From NCBI RefSeq assembly GCF_041956535.1, contig NW_027192191.1, positions 1,568,087-1,632,086 on the forward strand: a stretch of DNA of 64,000 nucleotides. The letters run 5' to 3'. Every line of letters starts with the position of its first letter. The first letter of the stretch is position 1. Under the pieces are notes generated by a model. It was given only the letters and a program-made list of their open reading frames with translations. It did no database searches and was not told the DNA's origin. The stretch comes from Calcarisporiella thermophila CBS 279.70 (taxonomy: Eukaryota; Fungi; Calcarisporiellomycota). The position numbers and the translations under genes are program-made. Shown here one piece after another: positions 24,929-37,047 of the stretch.

Positions 24929-26706
24929 TTACATTTTTTGCCTCTTTGCCTCTTTCTTATTTTCATCCCCCTCCTCCTCTCCTCCGTATTTTTTCTCCAT
25001 GATGCGGCTAATACGCTGCCAGTCTCTTTCCAGCTTTTGTCGGGAATCGGCTTCTGTTCCTATGCTTCGTCTTGTCTTTCGCCCATCCGCCATCTTCACT
25101 CCAAATTGCATTGCCGTTTTGGGGATTGCTTCCACCGAATCCTTATAGGCCCTCCATTCTTCTTCGTTGTCAAAGTCCCATCGGGAGAGCTGTGCACGCT
25201 TATTCTTATGGACACCCTGGTCGACGAGGGTATTGGGGCGAGGGCCATCTTCATCTGAATCATCGGAACCGTACGCGTCGTAGCCTTCATAGGAAGTGGG
25301 CTGTAGTTCTGATATGCGTACTTTTTCTTTGAGAGATGGAGCAACCGTTGAGTCGATAGTGAGCTCCGGATTGCTAGATACTTGGGCAAGGATGTCTTTC
25401 ACCTCCATAGATGCTTCGTTGCTCTCCCTCTCCTCCGATGCTGCACCCGCATCCGACTCCTCCGGTTTATCCCCAAAGTAATTCCTTGCCTCCTCATTCT
25501 GTTCTCCCAAGCCATTATCTTCACTATTATTTTCCTCTTTGTCCGGGGCGGCGTCTTTCTCTGCTCCGTCGGGTTCATACACATAGTCTCGCCCAACTCC
25601 AGCAAAAATATCCTCATCATCATCGTCGTTCGCCATAGTGGCGGGTGCATTGACCTCCTCCCGCTTCTGATTCTTCTCCACTATTTTCTCGGACACTGCA
25701 TTACTCTTATCTTTACGTTTCCCCGATCGCAACTCGGCAAACAAATTGGCGATTTTTTCGATCACCAGGTGGTCGGCAGAGACACCCATGTGTGCAGCCT
25801 CGGGTAGATCTGCTTTGCTACGCATGAGTGTCGTTGGTATGGAAAAAGGTTGTGAGTGCTCACCCTTCTCATCCGCCAGTTCAAATACAAATGCCATACG
25901 GCCTTGAACAAATAGCTCGTTCATTTTGGGGAGCGGCTTAGGTGGGCAAATAGCAATGTTGTATATATTTTGAGAAAATGGGCTCCTCAACTCGGGCATT
26001 TCCTCCAAACTGTTCTTGAATTTCGGCTGAGCAACTTCCTTATCATCTAGCGCTTTTTCCAATTCTTCATCTAGTATTTCACCCTCGCCATCTTCTTGAT
26101 CTTTGGGTAGATCTCCACGCATCCGTTGCAATAACGTATAGTCAAGCCCTTTCACCAAATGAGTGTGCGCAGCATCACCTCCCAAATATTTCGACTGCTC
26201 ATACGCACTCAAACCTTCGCCATTGTCTGAGGCAGATTGATTGATCGTTTCCAGGATTTTCTCAGTTTCGACATAATCGGGGTTGTAGCCGCGACGGCGT
26301 TCCGCAGCACGATCTCTGTATTTAGGGGGCGGTGGGTCGGATCCTTCTGTGGAAGACGACGGATGTTTGCGCTTGGAAGATGATTGTTTAGGTTTGAATT
26401 TGGGGACTTCGGGCTTGGGGAATGAAGGAGCCCCTAATCGTCTATAATTAATGGCAAAAATGACTGACCGTTCCAAAACAATCTGATCTAATCATGGCTA
26501 CTCACGGTGTTTTGGGGACCGCATCGCGTTTCAATTGCTTCCCAAGGACTGTTGGCCGTGGTCCTGAGTCACCTCGTGGAGTTTCAAGAAGCTTGCGGAA
26601 ATCCGCCTGATTTAAACTGAATCGAGGATTAAATTTGAATGAGGAGAGGAGCGATCAGGTCGAATGTCCGCTTTTACCTTGTATCTGGTGGAGGCGGGTT
26701 CGACAT
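24929..26706 (-). CDS. Protein RED/IK-like spliceosomal protein (3 exons)
   Basis: LNQADFRKLLETPR, YRDRAAERR, SKYLGGD..HTHLVKGLDY, NELFVQGRMAFVF, RWDFDNEEEW..Y..EAIPK.AMQFG.KM.DGRK. Confidence 0.92.
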
Positions 26707-26922
26707 CGGCAATCAGACTCTATACAGTGGATGTGCTTTCCAAATAAGAATTTTTACAAATTTAGCTTGGAAGAAATCGAAGGATATCGGCCAGATCTTC
26801 GATTTAATTATAGGCTCTCGATTTATTCGATGCCATAGTTTAATTAAGATATTGCTATATATATATCCATACCCGCTTTAATATGCCACCACTCTATTCT
26901 TTCCGGTATGGAATAGGACGAT

Positions 26923-29764
26923 ATGAACGAGTTACCGAAGTTAACCGATGGCAATGAAGAAAGCAATTCTATTCCGGCAACTCCACTCGACCCGTCATTC
27001 TCGAGTATGTTAATGTGCTCCATATTCGATAGCCTGCTCTCATCCACGGTGGATCTAGAGAACACGTATGAATTAAGCTTCCTTACTCAACGGATAATCC
27101 GTCGGTCATTGATTCTCAAGTTGACATCTCAATTCATTCCCCGTTAGAAACGCATATCCCTCGATCCCCTCTCTCGAATGCAATGTCATAGCCTCTTCCA
27201 CTGCAACCCATAATACATTAATGCCCACTGCCCATTCGCACTTGGGTGTGCCTCCCATTCCCTCCGGTACGTGGCCCGCAGTCGTCTCTGCAGGCCACGT
27301 ACCGGCGGAATTAATTCATGTCAGCAAAAGAGAGTGCATCATTAATCACTCCATGGCCACCGATACGCCATTTTTAAACGAAAATCCACCAAGTACCTCT
27401 CCTAAGGGATTGCTTGTAAAAGAATTGCTCACTCATATGCATATGAAAATAGGAGTGGATAAACGTAAGATTTCAGGCGTTTGCAGCCTCTCCGAATTCG
27501 ATCTGATTAAAACACTATCACGCCTTGCTGACCGGTGAGTAGAATGGAACTAGATGGCTTTTACGGTGCACCATATATATACAGACTGCTCATTTTCCTC
27601 GCTCGTCCTTCTAATCTTAACAGACCAAATCCCCAGATTAACATTGGCACTGTTGACTTCTCGTGTCCTTTTCTTATAGCTGGCTCCCAAGAAAACGACT
27701 TCCCAGTCGTGTACGCGAGCCATGCCTTCGAGAGGTTGACGGGATATCTCTCCTCCGAAGTGATTGGGCGCAACTGTCGATTTCTCCAGGCGCCCGGTGG
27801 GCATGTAACGCTCGGGTCGGTTAGGGCTTACACAAATAGCAAGGCCGTTTATCACTTGAAAACCAATGTGATGCTGGGAAACGAGTGCCAAGTATCCCTA
27901 ATTAATTATAAGAAGACAGGCGAACCGTTTATGAACCTGGTAACGATCATCCCCCTCCGGACCGAGCTGAGCGAGATTGATTGTTATGTCGGCCTGCAAG
28001 CTGTGAGTGGACTAGAGATGAGCTTTAGCTCTATTCATGTGGATCGAGCTGTTTATCTATAATCATTTGGTGCCCTTGCTCCAGGATCTCATGGCTAACC
28101 CAAACAGGGTCGTAGCGCGCGAGGAAAACGGCGCCTACTCGGTAAATTATCAACATCCCATATCAATTGCTTCGGACAGTAAGGATCTCTCCCCTGCTTT
28201 TCTTTCTCTCTCATTGAAACAATGTTTGTCGATATGTTCGATCTAACCAGGTACAAACGCACCTCTACGTAGTTACCTTCATTCACAACACACCCGATAC
28301 GTATCTTCGTTCAACGCCGGGTTCCGGTAATTTGCCTGCTACCTGGGACATCCTTTCACTTCTGGGCGAGCCATCCTTCTCGCTCTCTGTCACGGAAAAG
28401 TGGTATAAGTTGATTTTCGATCTATCTCCCGACTTCCTGTATATCCTTTCCCTCAAGGGAATCATCCTTCACTGCTCCCGAAACGCTCTCAATTTAACGG
28501 AATTCGAGCCGAAAGAGCTGGTCGGGCAAAACATTGCCAAGGTGTGTCACCCCAGTGATGTTGTGTTGTTAATGCGAGAACTGAAGGCGTATGCCGCGCT
28601 CGGTGGCGAAACCCAAGGGATGAAGGGCACTCCTGAAAGCGCTCCGCTCACCCTCTTGTATCGGTTCAAGAGAAAGCATTCCGGGTACATGTGGATGGAG
28701 AGCTATGGCGCGAAGTTCACCGAGTATTCGAAAAATCGCAAGTATTTTTTCCTTGCCGGGCGCAGAAGACCTGTGTATCAAATAGCGTGGTGTGACCTCT
28801 TGCAGCCCGCTGAGTTTTGGTTTAAACTTTCGACGGAAGGTATCTTGCTCTACTGCACGAATGGAGTTGCGCTACTTGGGTATCTACCCGGAGAGCTGCG
28901 AGGAGCCTCCATGTATCAGCTGGCCTCCATTGAGAACTTTACTCAGCTGACGAGTGCCATGAAAAAGACTAGGCTAGGGGTCAGCACCACCGTTCGGCAT
29001 GTTATGTGGACAAAAGACAGGGAAAGAGCATGGGAGATGGAGAGTACTTTTCTACCTGGTTGTAAGAGGGGGTCGTTTATTGTGAGTCGGAGCAGAGCCG
29101 TGTCCCTTAAGGCAACCAATATCAACACAGAGCGGAGACCAAGCGCAACTTGCTCTCTTCCCACTCCATCGTCCCTCACGCCCTCAGAAGAGTCTGGCGT
29201 CAGGCATACATTGGAGATCTCCCAAGAGAACGGAGAGATGGAAAGGGAGGGACACCTTGAAAACTCCCGTGTGAAAGAGGATGCAGTCTATCTCCAACTG
29301 CATTCGTGGAGGCCCCGTGGATTTTTTATGCTACAGGAGGCTAAACATAATGCTTTCAGTGAGCTTGAGCTACAACAGCCAAGGAACTGGAAGTACGAAA
29401 TCCACCAACTGAAGCAAGAAAACCGACAACTTAAGGAGCAGATAGAAAAACTGCGGAGTGAAATATCGCAAAAGGTAAATGAACTTGAGGGGGAAAAAAG
29501 GTATAGAATGTCAACGGTTTTTGCAATGCATTTTATTCTATTATTATAGAATAACCGGAAAGACAAAATCGAATGCTTCAACTGCCATTGTACTGAAACT
29601 CCCGAGTGGAGGCGAGGTAGGTGCCGACCATCCTCCCCCTTTTTTTTACTCTATGAACTCTTCACTCCTTAACTCCTATAACTGTAGGTCCACAAGGTCC
29701 AAAGACCCTGTGTAATGCATGCGGGCTGAGATATGCAAAGAAAATCAGAGAAAACAATACCTAA
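26923..29764 (+). CDS. wc-1: White collar-1-like blue-light photoreceptor/transcription factor (LOV-PAS-PAS-GATA)
   Basis: LSRLADR|[53 protein letters not shown], a third PAS domain, a coiled coil, and the GATA finger CFNC-X18-CNAC GLRY. Confidence 0.93.
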
Positions 29765-30243
29765 AGAGGAGAGTTCATGGCGTGACAACAAACACAGAGC
29801 AGTCATTCAAGCTTGCTCACCCTTTGGGCCGTTTTCAGGACACTCCATAATAAACCCCATTGATGCACTCTAGAAGAAGACATAATAGGTTGCGGAACTG
29901 CACATTGTAGTATCGTCACTGAAACGGGAACTGACCCTAGTTTATGCACTTTTGCACCCATCCAAGTAGCTGGCTTTACGTACCTGACAACTAAATCACT
30001 TCACGGATGTTCATAGCAGCCATTTTTAATCGAGACAGAACCGCCAAGCCCAGAAAAGTCTTGCGGCTGTGGGAACCATCGCGGCAAATGGAGCAAGAGA
30101 AAATAAACAAAGCGCAGATTTCGTCGGTATCAGATCGGACATAACATCCACTTGGGCATAATAAACTTGGCGATTTATTTCTTACACAATATCCCAAATG
30201 AAATTGAGTTCATCCCGCTGAAGCTGGCTCAGCCATGAAGAGT

Positions 30244-32689
30244 CTAAATTCCCAAGCGCGACATTTTGTCTATTAACTCATCTCTCCTCATGTACAAGAT
30301 TCCAATCGAGTCCGTCCATGATTGTGCGGTCCCGTAGATCCCGACAAGCTCATAACCATGCGGGGCCTGCAACTCATGCATCCCTCCCCCGCGGCCGCCG
30401 CACCACCCCGAGCGTCTCCCGCGATCCGTGAATACCTCCACCCCATCCACCCAGGCTCCTGCATTCACGTCCATGCGCACAATCTTTTCTCCCGGCGCGA
30501 GGTCAAACTCGGTCACTCCCCCGCCTAGACCTCCGGCAACGAGCTGTGACCCGTCGCTCCAGATAAAGACAATCCCATCGAGGAAGGAGCCGTGGTGGAT
30601 GCGCAGCTTGCACAAATAGGGTTTCTGCGGCGGGGGCGGTGCGTGCGGGTGTTGAAGGGAGGGGGGGACGACAAAGAGGACCTCAAAGGCCCGAGATTCG
30701 GGCGGTTTCCCCATGCCCATCTGCCCACCGCGCACCACCCGCCCTACAACGGGCAGCTCGATGATTCGGCTCCGCAGGAACTGCTCCACGTCCTCCAGCT
30801 TCGCCTCACCTTGGTTGGTCGTGACCATCTGCAGACTCAGCACGCCCGGCTTATTTCCGGCGCGCATCCGCAGGTCGCTCGGGTCCAGGAGGATGTGCTG
30901 GGGTGGATTTTCAGGGTACTCGATATGGCTCTCGTACCGATCGCCGACCATGATCTCAATGAGGGAGATTCCGGCCGGCCCTGCGGCGAGTAGTTTATCC
31001 TCCATGGCCAGCCAGTGCGGGGCCAGGTCCAGCCTCCTTCCAGGCATGCTCTTTTCGTTCAACGGACGAAAACAAGGGTGGTATCGAAAGCGCATTGCAT
31101 CGCAGCGATGCCAGTGTGAGCCTTCCTCGTCGTTGGGAGTAATCACCTCTCTACGGCCGGGCTCTTTGACCATAAATGTGCGATTTAGATTGTTGAAGCC
31201 CCGGGCCATAATACCCGACGCAGAGTGCGGACAAGTTAAGCAATGCCCTACCTCATGGAGCTACGATAGAAAAAAAAAGAAAAGGGGTTTAGGTGGCAAT
31301 AATGGGATCACAGTTCTGCAAGGGTCGGATCGAGTGAAAATGGAAGAGAGGAGATGGCGATCTCTATTTCAATATAGACCGCGTCCGTTTCTTCTTACCA
31401 TAGCTCCACTTCCAATGTTGATGCATTTCCACCACGTGCCCGATTCACCCACATCGTTTGCTACGTGCCGCGTGTCCGTCACGGTATCGTCCATGAAACA
31501 TGGCACAATTTCCTCCAGGTTGCGTGGGAACGCGTGCATCAAGTGGCTGCCGAAAATCCCAAGCTTTATGTGACCGGCGCCCCCGCCCAGCGCAGCATGG
31601 CCACGCACCAGCTTCATCTGAGCGTCCCAGTGAGTATCCAGTATCAAACCCGCTACATAGCACTCCTTATCGAATGGAGTCCCGTAATCTCGGAGGGCAT
31701 CCAAAAATATGGCAAACAGATCCTTTTTCCCGGGGACCGGGCCGCCCGGTCGCTGTTGAGCAATGTCTGGATCGAGAATTTCCGCAAGGGTGTGCTGGGA
31801 CCGCACGATGTGGATTTGTGCGGTGGAGCGTAGGGTGCCGCTATCCTGCGAAGAAATAGTGTCTGGGAGCCACGACTCCGCGAGGCGGAAGGTCGTGGTG
31901 CTCAGTCGGTGGCGACGCATCTGTTCTGCAGTGAAGGCCTGCCACCTTATATATTTTTTTTTAAAAAAAAAAAAGATTAAAACGCGCGAACATAAGAGAC
32001 GGGAGAATTGATGCATGCGTATAGGCTGAGAAAAGAGGAGATTGAGCTTAGGAGTGAAACAGAGATACATACATGTAGCCCATCATTCGAAATTTTTCCA
32101 TTGCCACCTCCAGGGTTCCTTGCCCTTCTTTTTGGGGCGGAACATCAAACACACACTTGGAATCCTTTGCCACAAGAATGGCTAGATGTAAGGGGGGATT
32201 TTGCAAGGGAGGGACATAGCACACTTGCCAGCTAGTCGTCATGGCAGTAGGGCTATTGGAGCTAGCGTGAACTCCAGGTTGTTGGTGAGGGTCATGAACA
32301 AGACGGAGAGTGTTCATGCCCGGTTGGAGGGGAACAAGGGCTTTGAAATGGGAATCCTTAAGGGGCCATGTTTGAGGCGGAAAGAAATCACATTCAATGG
32401 TGATGGAGTGCTCAAACGGAGTGTTGGGGGGACCCGCCCGGCCATAGATTAGAAGAACCCTCTGAAATAGTGATGGAGCAATGTGAGTCAAGGAGAAAGC
32501 ATAAAAGTTGCATAATCATCATAGAGTAGTAATAGGTGAGGGCAAAGCAGTACAAAATAGAACAAGAATAAAATGTAGAATTGCTGAATTCACCTGATAC
32601 ACCCATTCACCATTGGATACATTAACGACAGCAGGAGTCTGTGGGTTCGCGCTCGCGTTCGATAATGGGATCTGATAGGGTGAAGACAT
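30244..32689 (-). CDS. Zinc metallopeptidase (YIL108W/Metallopep-like) with a C-terminal jacalin-like lectin domain
   Basis: HFKALVPLQPG.N, NPPLHLAILVAKDS, WQAFTAEQM, GHAALGGG, GAM|LHEVGH (HExxH at about 31243-31257), and C-terminal GG/GAWVDG jacalin motifs. Confidence 0.88.
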
Positions 32690-33410
32690 GTCGCAGCAAA
32701 TGTGACAAGAGAACAAGGGCCGCGAATGCGAATTATTAGCCTGGTATGCTGAGGCGAAGGGGGTTCTCCTTGGTCGATAGAGCGGTCACAGCCTCGCTAT
32801 TGATGACGAATGAGAGGGATTTAGGAACAAAATTGCGGGGGAATGTTCTTGCAACTTGCAATCGAATTTTCTAATCTTGGGATCAGGGGAGGGATTGCGT
32901 AGGCATGCAATCGTCACCGGACGCTCTCGGGCCAAGGGATCAAGGAGATTGTGGTTGCGAAAATACGTCAGATGATATCTCTGCTGCAATGAGCAGGCTT
33001 CCGCCCACTAACGGCCCAAGTTACGGTGGGCAGCGAGATCCGCCGGTGCATTTCACCCCCGGTTAAGGTTAATAAAGGCAAACTTAATTGTTTAATCTCC
33101 ACATCCGACTCCTATATTGCCGCCGGCTTTTTTGGCTTTCGCGGGCCACTTTCTCATTGAAGCAAACAGGGCAGGTGGCCCAATAAACCTGTTGAGCGTC
33201 AAGAAATGCGGCATCTCAGCTGCAACCTTGAGCCCAGCTTGGCAGGAGTGTCGGCCGTGGACCTCGCGAATAATTTCAGAAACAAGTTATTAGGAAATAC
33301 CTTGCTATCCTTTCGTCTAAAACACATGTGTATATTGGCTGCAGAGGAGGGCGATATAAAGAAGATAAAGCACGCCTTTTCCATCGCGCACATTGACCGA
33401 TTTTTTTTCT

Positions 33411-33514
33411 TTCATTCATTGGCATTTATTCATTCATTCATTCATTCATTCTCACTCATTCATTTATTCATTTGTGCATTCGTTTGTGCATTCATTTTTG
33501 CATTCTTCATTCAT
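33411..33514 (+). repeat. Degenerate (TTCA/CATT)n microsatellite
   Basis: Tandem TTCA units seen directly, between a TATA-like box (about 33355) and the ATG at 33584. Confidence 0.85.
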
Positions 33515-33583
33515 TTGTGTTTTCCTACATTCAGCTTTTTATAATTTTTCTTACGATAGTTGTGCATCCCCGAATTAGAAAGA

Positions 33584-34123
33584 ATGCAGTTCTCCAGGTG
33601 CCGCCTTCTATTGATTCTCGTGGTGTCGTTTCTTTTGGCTAGCTACGTATGTGCAGCGGCTCTACCTTTGGAATCGGGAGGGGAAAACGGGGAGACTGGA
33701 AGGAAGGAAGACCAAGGTGAAAGCGGGACGAGCAGTCTCAGTGGAAAGAACGCGGTCAGTGCCAATCCCAACTGCAATACTCAGCAAAATAAATATCAAC
33801 TTGCCCCCAATTCCGGCGCCTTGCAGCCCATCCAACAGGCCTCTGGCCCGCAAAGTGACGCTAGCGGTGGCCAACCGCGGGTTAGCAGCGGCGCTCCTCA
33901 AGAAAGTGTGATAGTCGTCTCCCCTCGCCCTCTCCCCGCAGATAGTGTAGTTGCAGCTGCGTCCACCCAGAACACAAACGAGATACCAGCTGAAAAGCCC
34001 GCCGTCAACCCCAACAGCTCATGGCAGCTCAGTACAGGGGCCATCGTGGGGGTGGTCGTGGGGTGCTTTTTCATTGTCGCGGCGCTGATATTCGGCGTAA
34101 TGAAGCTGTCGCTTCGTTTGTAA
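33584..34123 (+). CDS. Signal peptide plus single-pass membrane protein of unknown function
   Basis: N-terminal RLLLILVVSFLLASYVCAA, an S/P/Q-rich ectodomain, TM segment GAIVGVVVGCFFIVAALIFGVM, and a 6-residue tail. Confidence 0.75.
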   Translation: MQFSRCRLLLILVVSFLLASYVCAAALPLESGGENGETGRKEDQGESGTSSLSGKNAVSANPNCNTQQNKYQLAPNSGALQPIQQASGPQSDASGGQPRVSSGAPQESVIVVSPRPLPADSVVAAASTQNTNEIPAEKPAVNPNSSWQLSTGAIVGVVVGCFFIVAALIFGVMKLSLRL

Positions 34124-34579
34124 TAGAGCGCCCTTATTATCCTTTTGTTTTGGCATTCCCTGTAGTTTTAGCCCACTGCAATGTTTTCTTTTCTCTCCCC
34201 TTATTTCTCTATTCTTAGACATGCTTTTGCCATAATTGCTCCCTTGATATTTTTGACATGCAATTCAATCTCTGTATCGCATTGATCCCATCAAAGCCCA
34301 CCCTATAAAGCACATTCTGTTTATCCATCCGCCTCCGCAGTTCCCGCCCCCTTTGAAAGAAGAAGGCTTCCATATAGAACATGCAATAGTGCGATAGACA
34401 CTGGATCTTGCGCAACACTCCAAGGCAAGGAGCAATCGATTCAATCATCAATTCATATATCCAAATTGGACCAGCATCTACTTGCACGATAATTTATCTT
34501 CCCTATTAACCTAAAATTACCGCACACTTCGAGAGCTATTTTTACTTTCTGTATATAGGACACCATTTTGGCAAGGGAG

Positions 34580-36769
34580 ATGTTAAGAAAGAGTTCGACC
34601 GTACCCCTTCTGGATACCAGACATATGATGGACACTCATTCAGACTCATATTCAAATGATAATGATGACATGAAGCGTAGCAATGTTGCAGGTAAAATTC
34701 TGCGGATGAATATCTGCCGTTTGTCTGAAAAGAAAATAGCTGACCCCGTTGAATAGATGGAGCCCGACATTCCCTCCATTCCGAAATAGCTAACGGTCCG
34801 GATGGTGAAGGTATGTGAGAGAAGTGAGTACCCCATGTATAGATGATCCGATTATAATCAGAGAAAACGATCGCCAATACAGATAGCCCCCTAGAAGATA
34901 GTATCGAGGGCAAGTCTGAGTGCATTCTAGCGGAGCAAGCACCAAATATGGACTGGCGACCACGGGCGTGTCAGGTACAGTTTCAGCCCATCATTCTGCA
35001 TCCTTTGGTTCCAGTGCTGATCTCATCCAGAATGAGTGCTCTATCCAAGTAATAGATACTAGTGCAGGTAACAAAACGCGCGAAATCATGTCTGGGAATG
35101 AGCATCAGTGTGCTCTAACCATATCGGTTTAGAAAAAATACACTATGAACCCGGTCTCGTCAACGGCTCACTCTCTGGCTTTCTAAAGAAAAAAGTAAGA
35201 AACTGCGGGCGGAAGTTAGCGGGCTCGATGAGCTGATATCTTGTATATATTATCCTAGCGCCCAAACTGGGCCACCATGCGATGGCTAACCGTGGATGGA
35301 GTGAACTGGGATGTCCTAAAGATCATTTCCGCTCATTATGGTACCACTCCTCTACCCAACTTCTCCCATGAATTAGCATTGACAATCTTACCCATTATAG
35401 GTTTTCACCCGTTGGCAGGTAAAAAAGAAGAGTTGTTCCCATGCGCTATGTCTGAGGATCTTCACCAACTCACATCTATGCTAATCTCCTAGTCGAAGAG
35501 GTGATGCACCCTCCTCAGCGCTCTAAACTTGAATTTTACGAAGAGCCCAGGCATTTCTTCCTCTCCCTCCAAATGCATGCCCTCCACTCTGCCACCCCTG
35601 CTAGTGCTCTGTTCTCTCCATGCAACAAACGCAACTCCCTACTCTCGTCGTCCGCCACAGAGGCCTATCGCGCCGCAAGGGAGAAATTCAGAGTCAAGAA
35701 AGTGCACATTACTTTGGAGCATTGCTATATCTTTGTACTTTTAAAAGGTATTGGCTCGTCTTAGTAGAGCACTCGAGAGGGGAAAGTAGGCTGAACAGAT
35801 ACCGTATCCTTCCACCCCCTCCCCATAATATCTAGAAAACACCCTCATTACCCTCTTCAAGACCTGTGGGAACATGGTGACAGCCCCCATCTTGTCCAGA
35901 CTCAAGCGCAGCAAAACGCTGCTTCGTACATCAGGAGACGCTACTCTTCTGCTTCAAGCCGTGCTAGATGCCATTGTCGACCACACCATCCCCATTGTCG
36001 AGCAGTATCGACACCAGATCCGAGATCTCGAGGGCCGAGTGCTCATGCGCCCAAAAATGAAGGTAGACCACTCTCCAAGTCCCAACTAGGGGCTGGACTT
36101 AACCCTTCTTTTCTTTTCCCCCTTCTCTAGTACACTAGAGAACTGCATATCATCACTGGCGAGCTGATTCTGTTGAAGTGCTCATTGACCCCGACACACG
36201 CCTTGATCCAGTCGCTGCGCGATCACGAGCACATTTCTCCGATTGCCCGCACCTATCTAGGCAACGTGTTGGACCACAGTGCTGGGGTCGTGGAGGCGCT
36301 AGAGATCATGAACAAAGTGGCCGAGAACTTGATTAATCTCGTAACTATCTCCAAGAGTTCTGCTCCTACTTTCGGTTCCCCCTACTCCCTCTTTCTCAAC
36401 CTTGACCTTACGGATGACCCCATTTTTATTTCAGATTTTTAACACCATTTCAAACCAATCAAGCGAAGCTATGCACACGCTCTCCATCCTCAATGCCATC
36501 TTTCTCCCACTTATGTTTGCCGCCGGAGGTATCTCCTCTGCTTCTCTCTCTCTTCTTTGCTCCTCTCTTCCTAGTGAAACTAATCATTTACTATGCTAGT
36601 CTATGGAACCAACTTCACGCATTTTCCCGAACTGGAATCGCCGGAAGGCATATGGTATTTTCACAGACTGTGTATCATCATCGTGGCCCTTACCATCTTC
36701 ACCCTCATTCTTCTTACCTGGGGAAGAGAACTTGGGGGAATTCTAGTTAAACCACCGAATCGAGCGTAA
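34580..36769 (+). CDS. CorA-family divalent cation transporter with a GTN signature, intron-rich
   Basis: MRWLTVDG, G|FHPLA|VEEV..QRSKLEFY, LLQAVLDAIVD, YLGNVLDH, MHTLSILNAIFLPLMFAAG|VYGTNF.HFPEL, and a second TM segment. Confidence 0.9.
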
Positions 36770-37047
36770 TCGTAATGATTAGTTCTCCATACGGCTCGTT
36801 TGTTCAAGGGGGCCACCCCGCCATCAAAATACATCCACCCATAGAATCATTATTCCACGGTTGAATACGGCCTTTTTTATTTTGTTTTCAAAGACTCGCG
36901 CAAAAATAGATCGAGCTACTGTGAATAAGAGTATTTTATTAACTCGACGTAGACGCGGAAGATTCGAATAAATAAAGAAGAGTGTAACAACAAAAACGAA
37001 AAAAAAAAATAAAATGGATGCTATCATGGAATCTGCTCAACGTCCAC

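Noticed and set aside
35804-35812. GTATCCTT U12-type donor-like sequences (also near 41706)
   Set aside because: They lie inside a normal U2 intron or in a 3' region, not at exon boundaries. No minor intron is needed in any gene model here.
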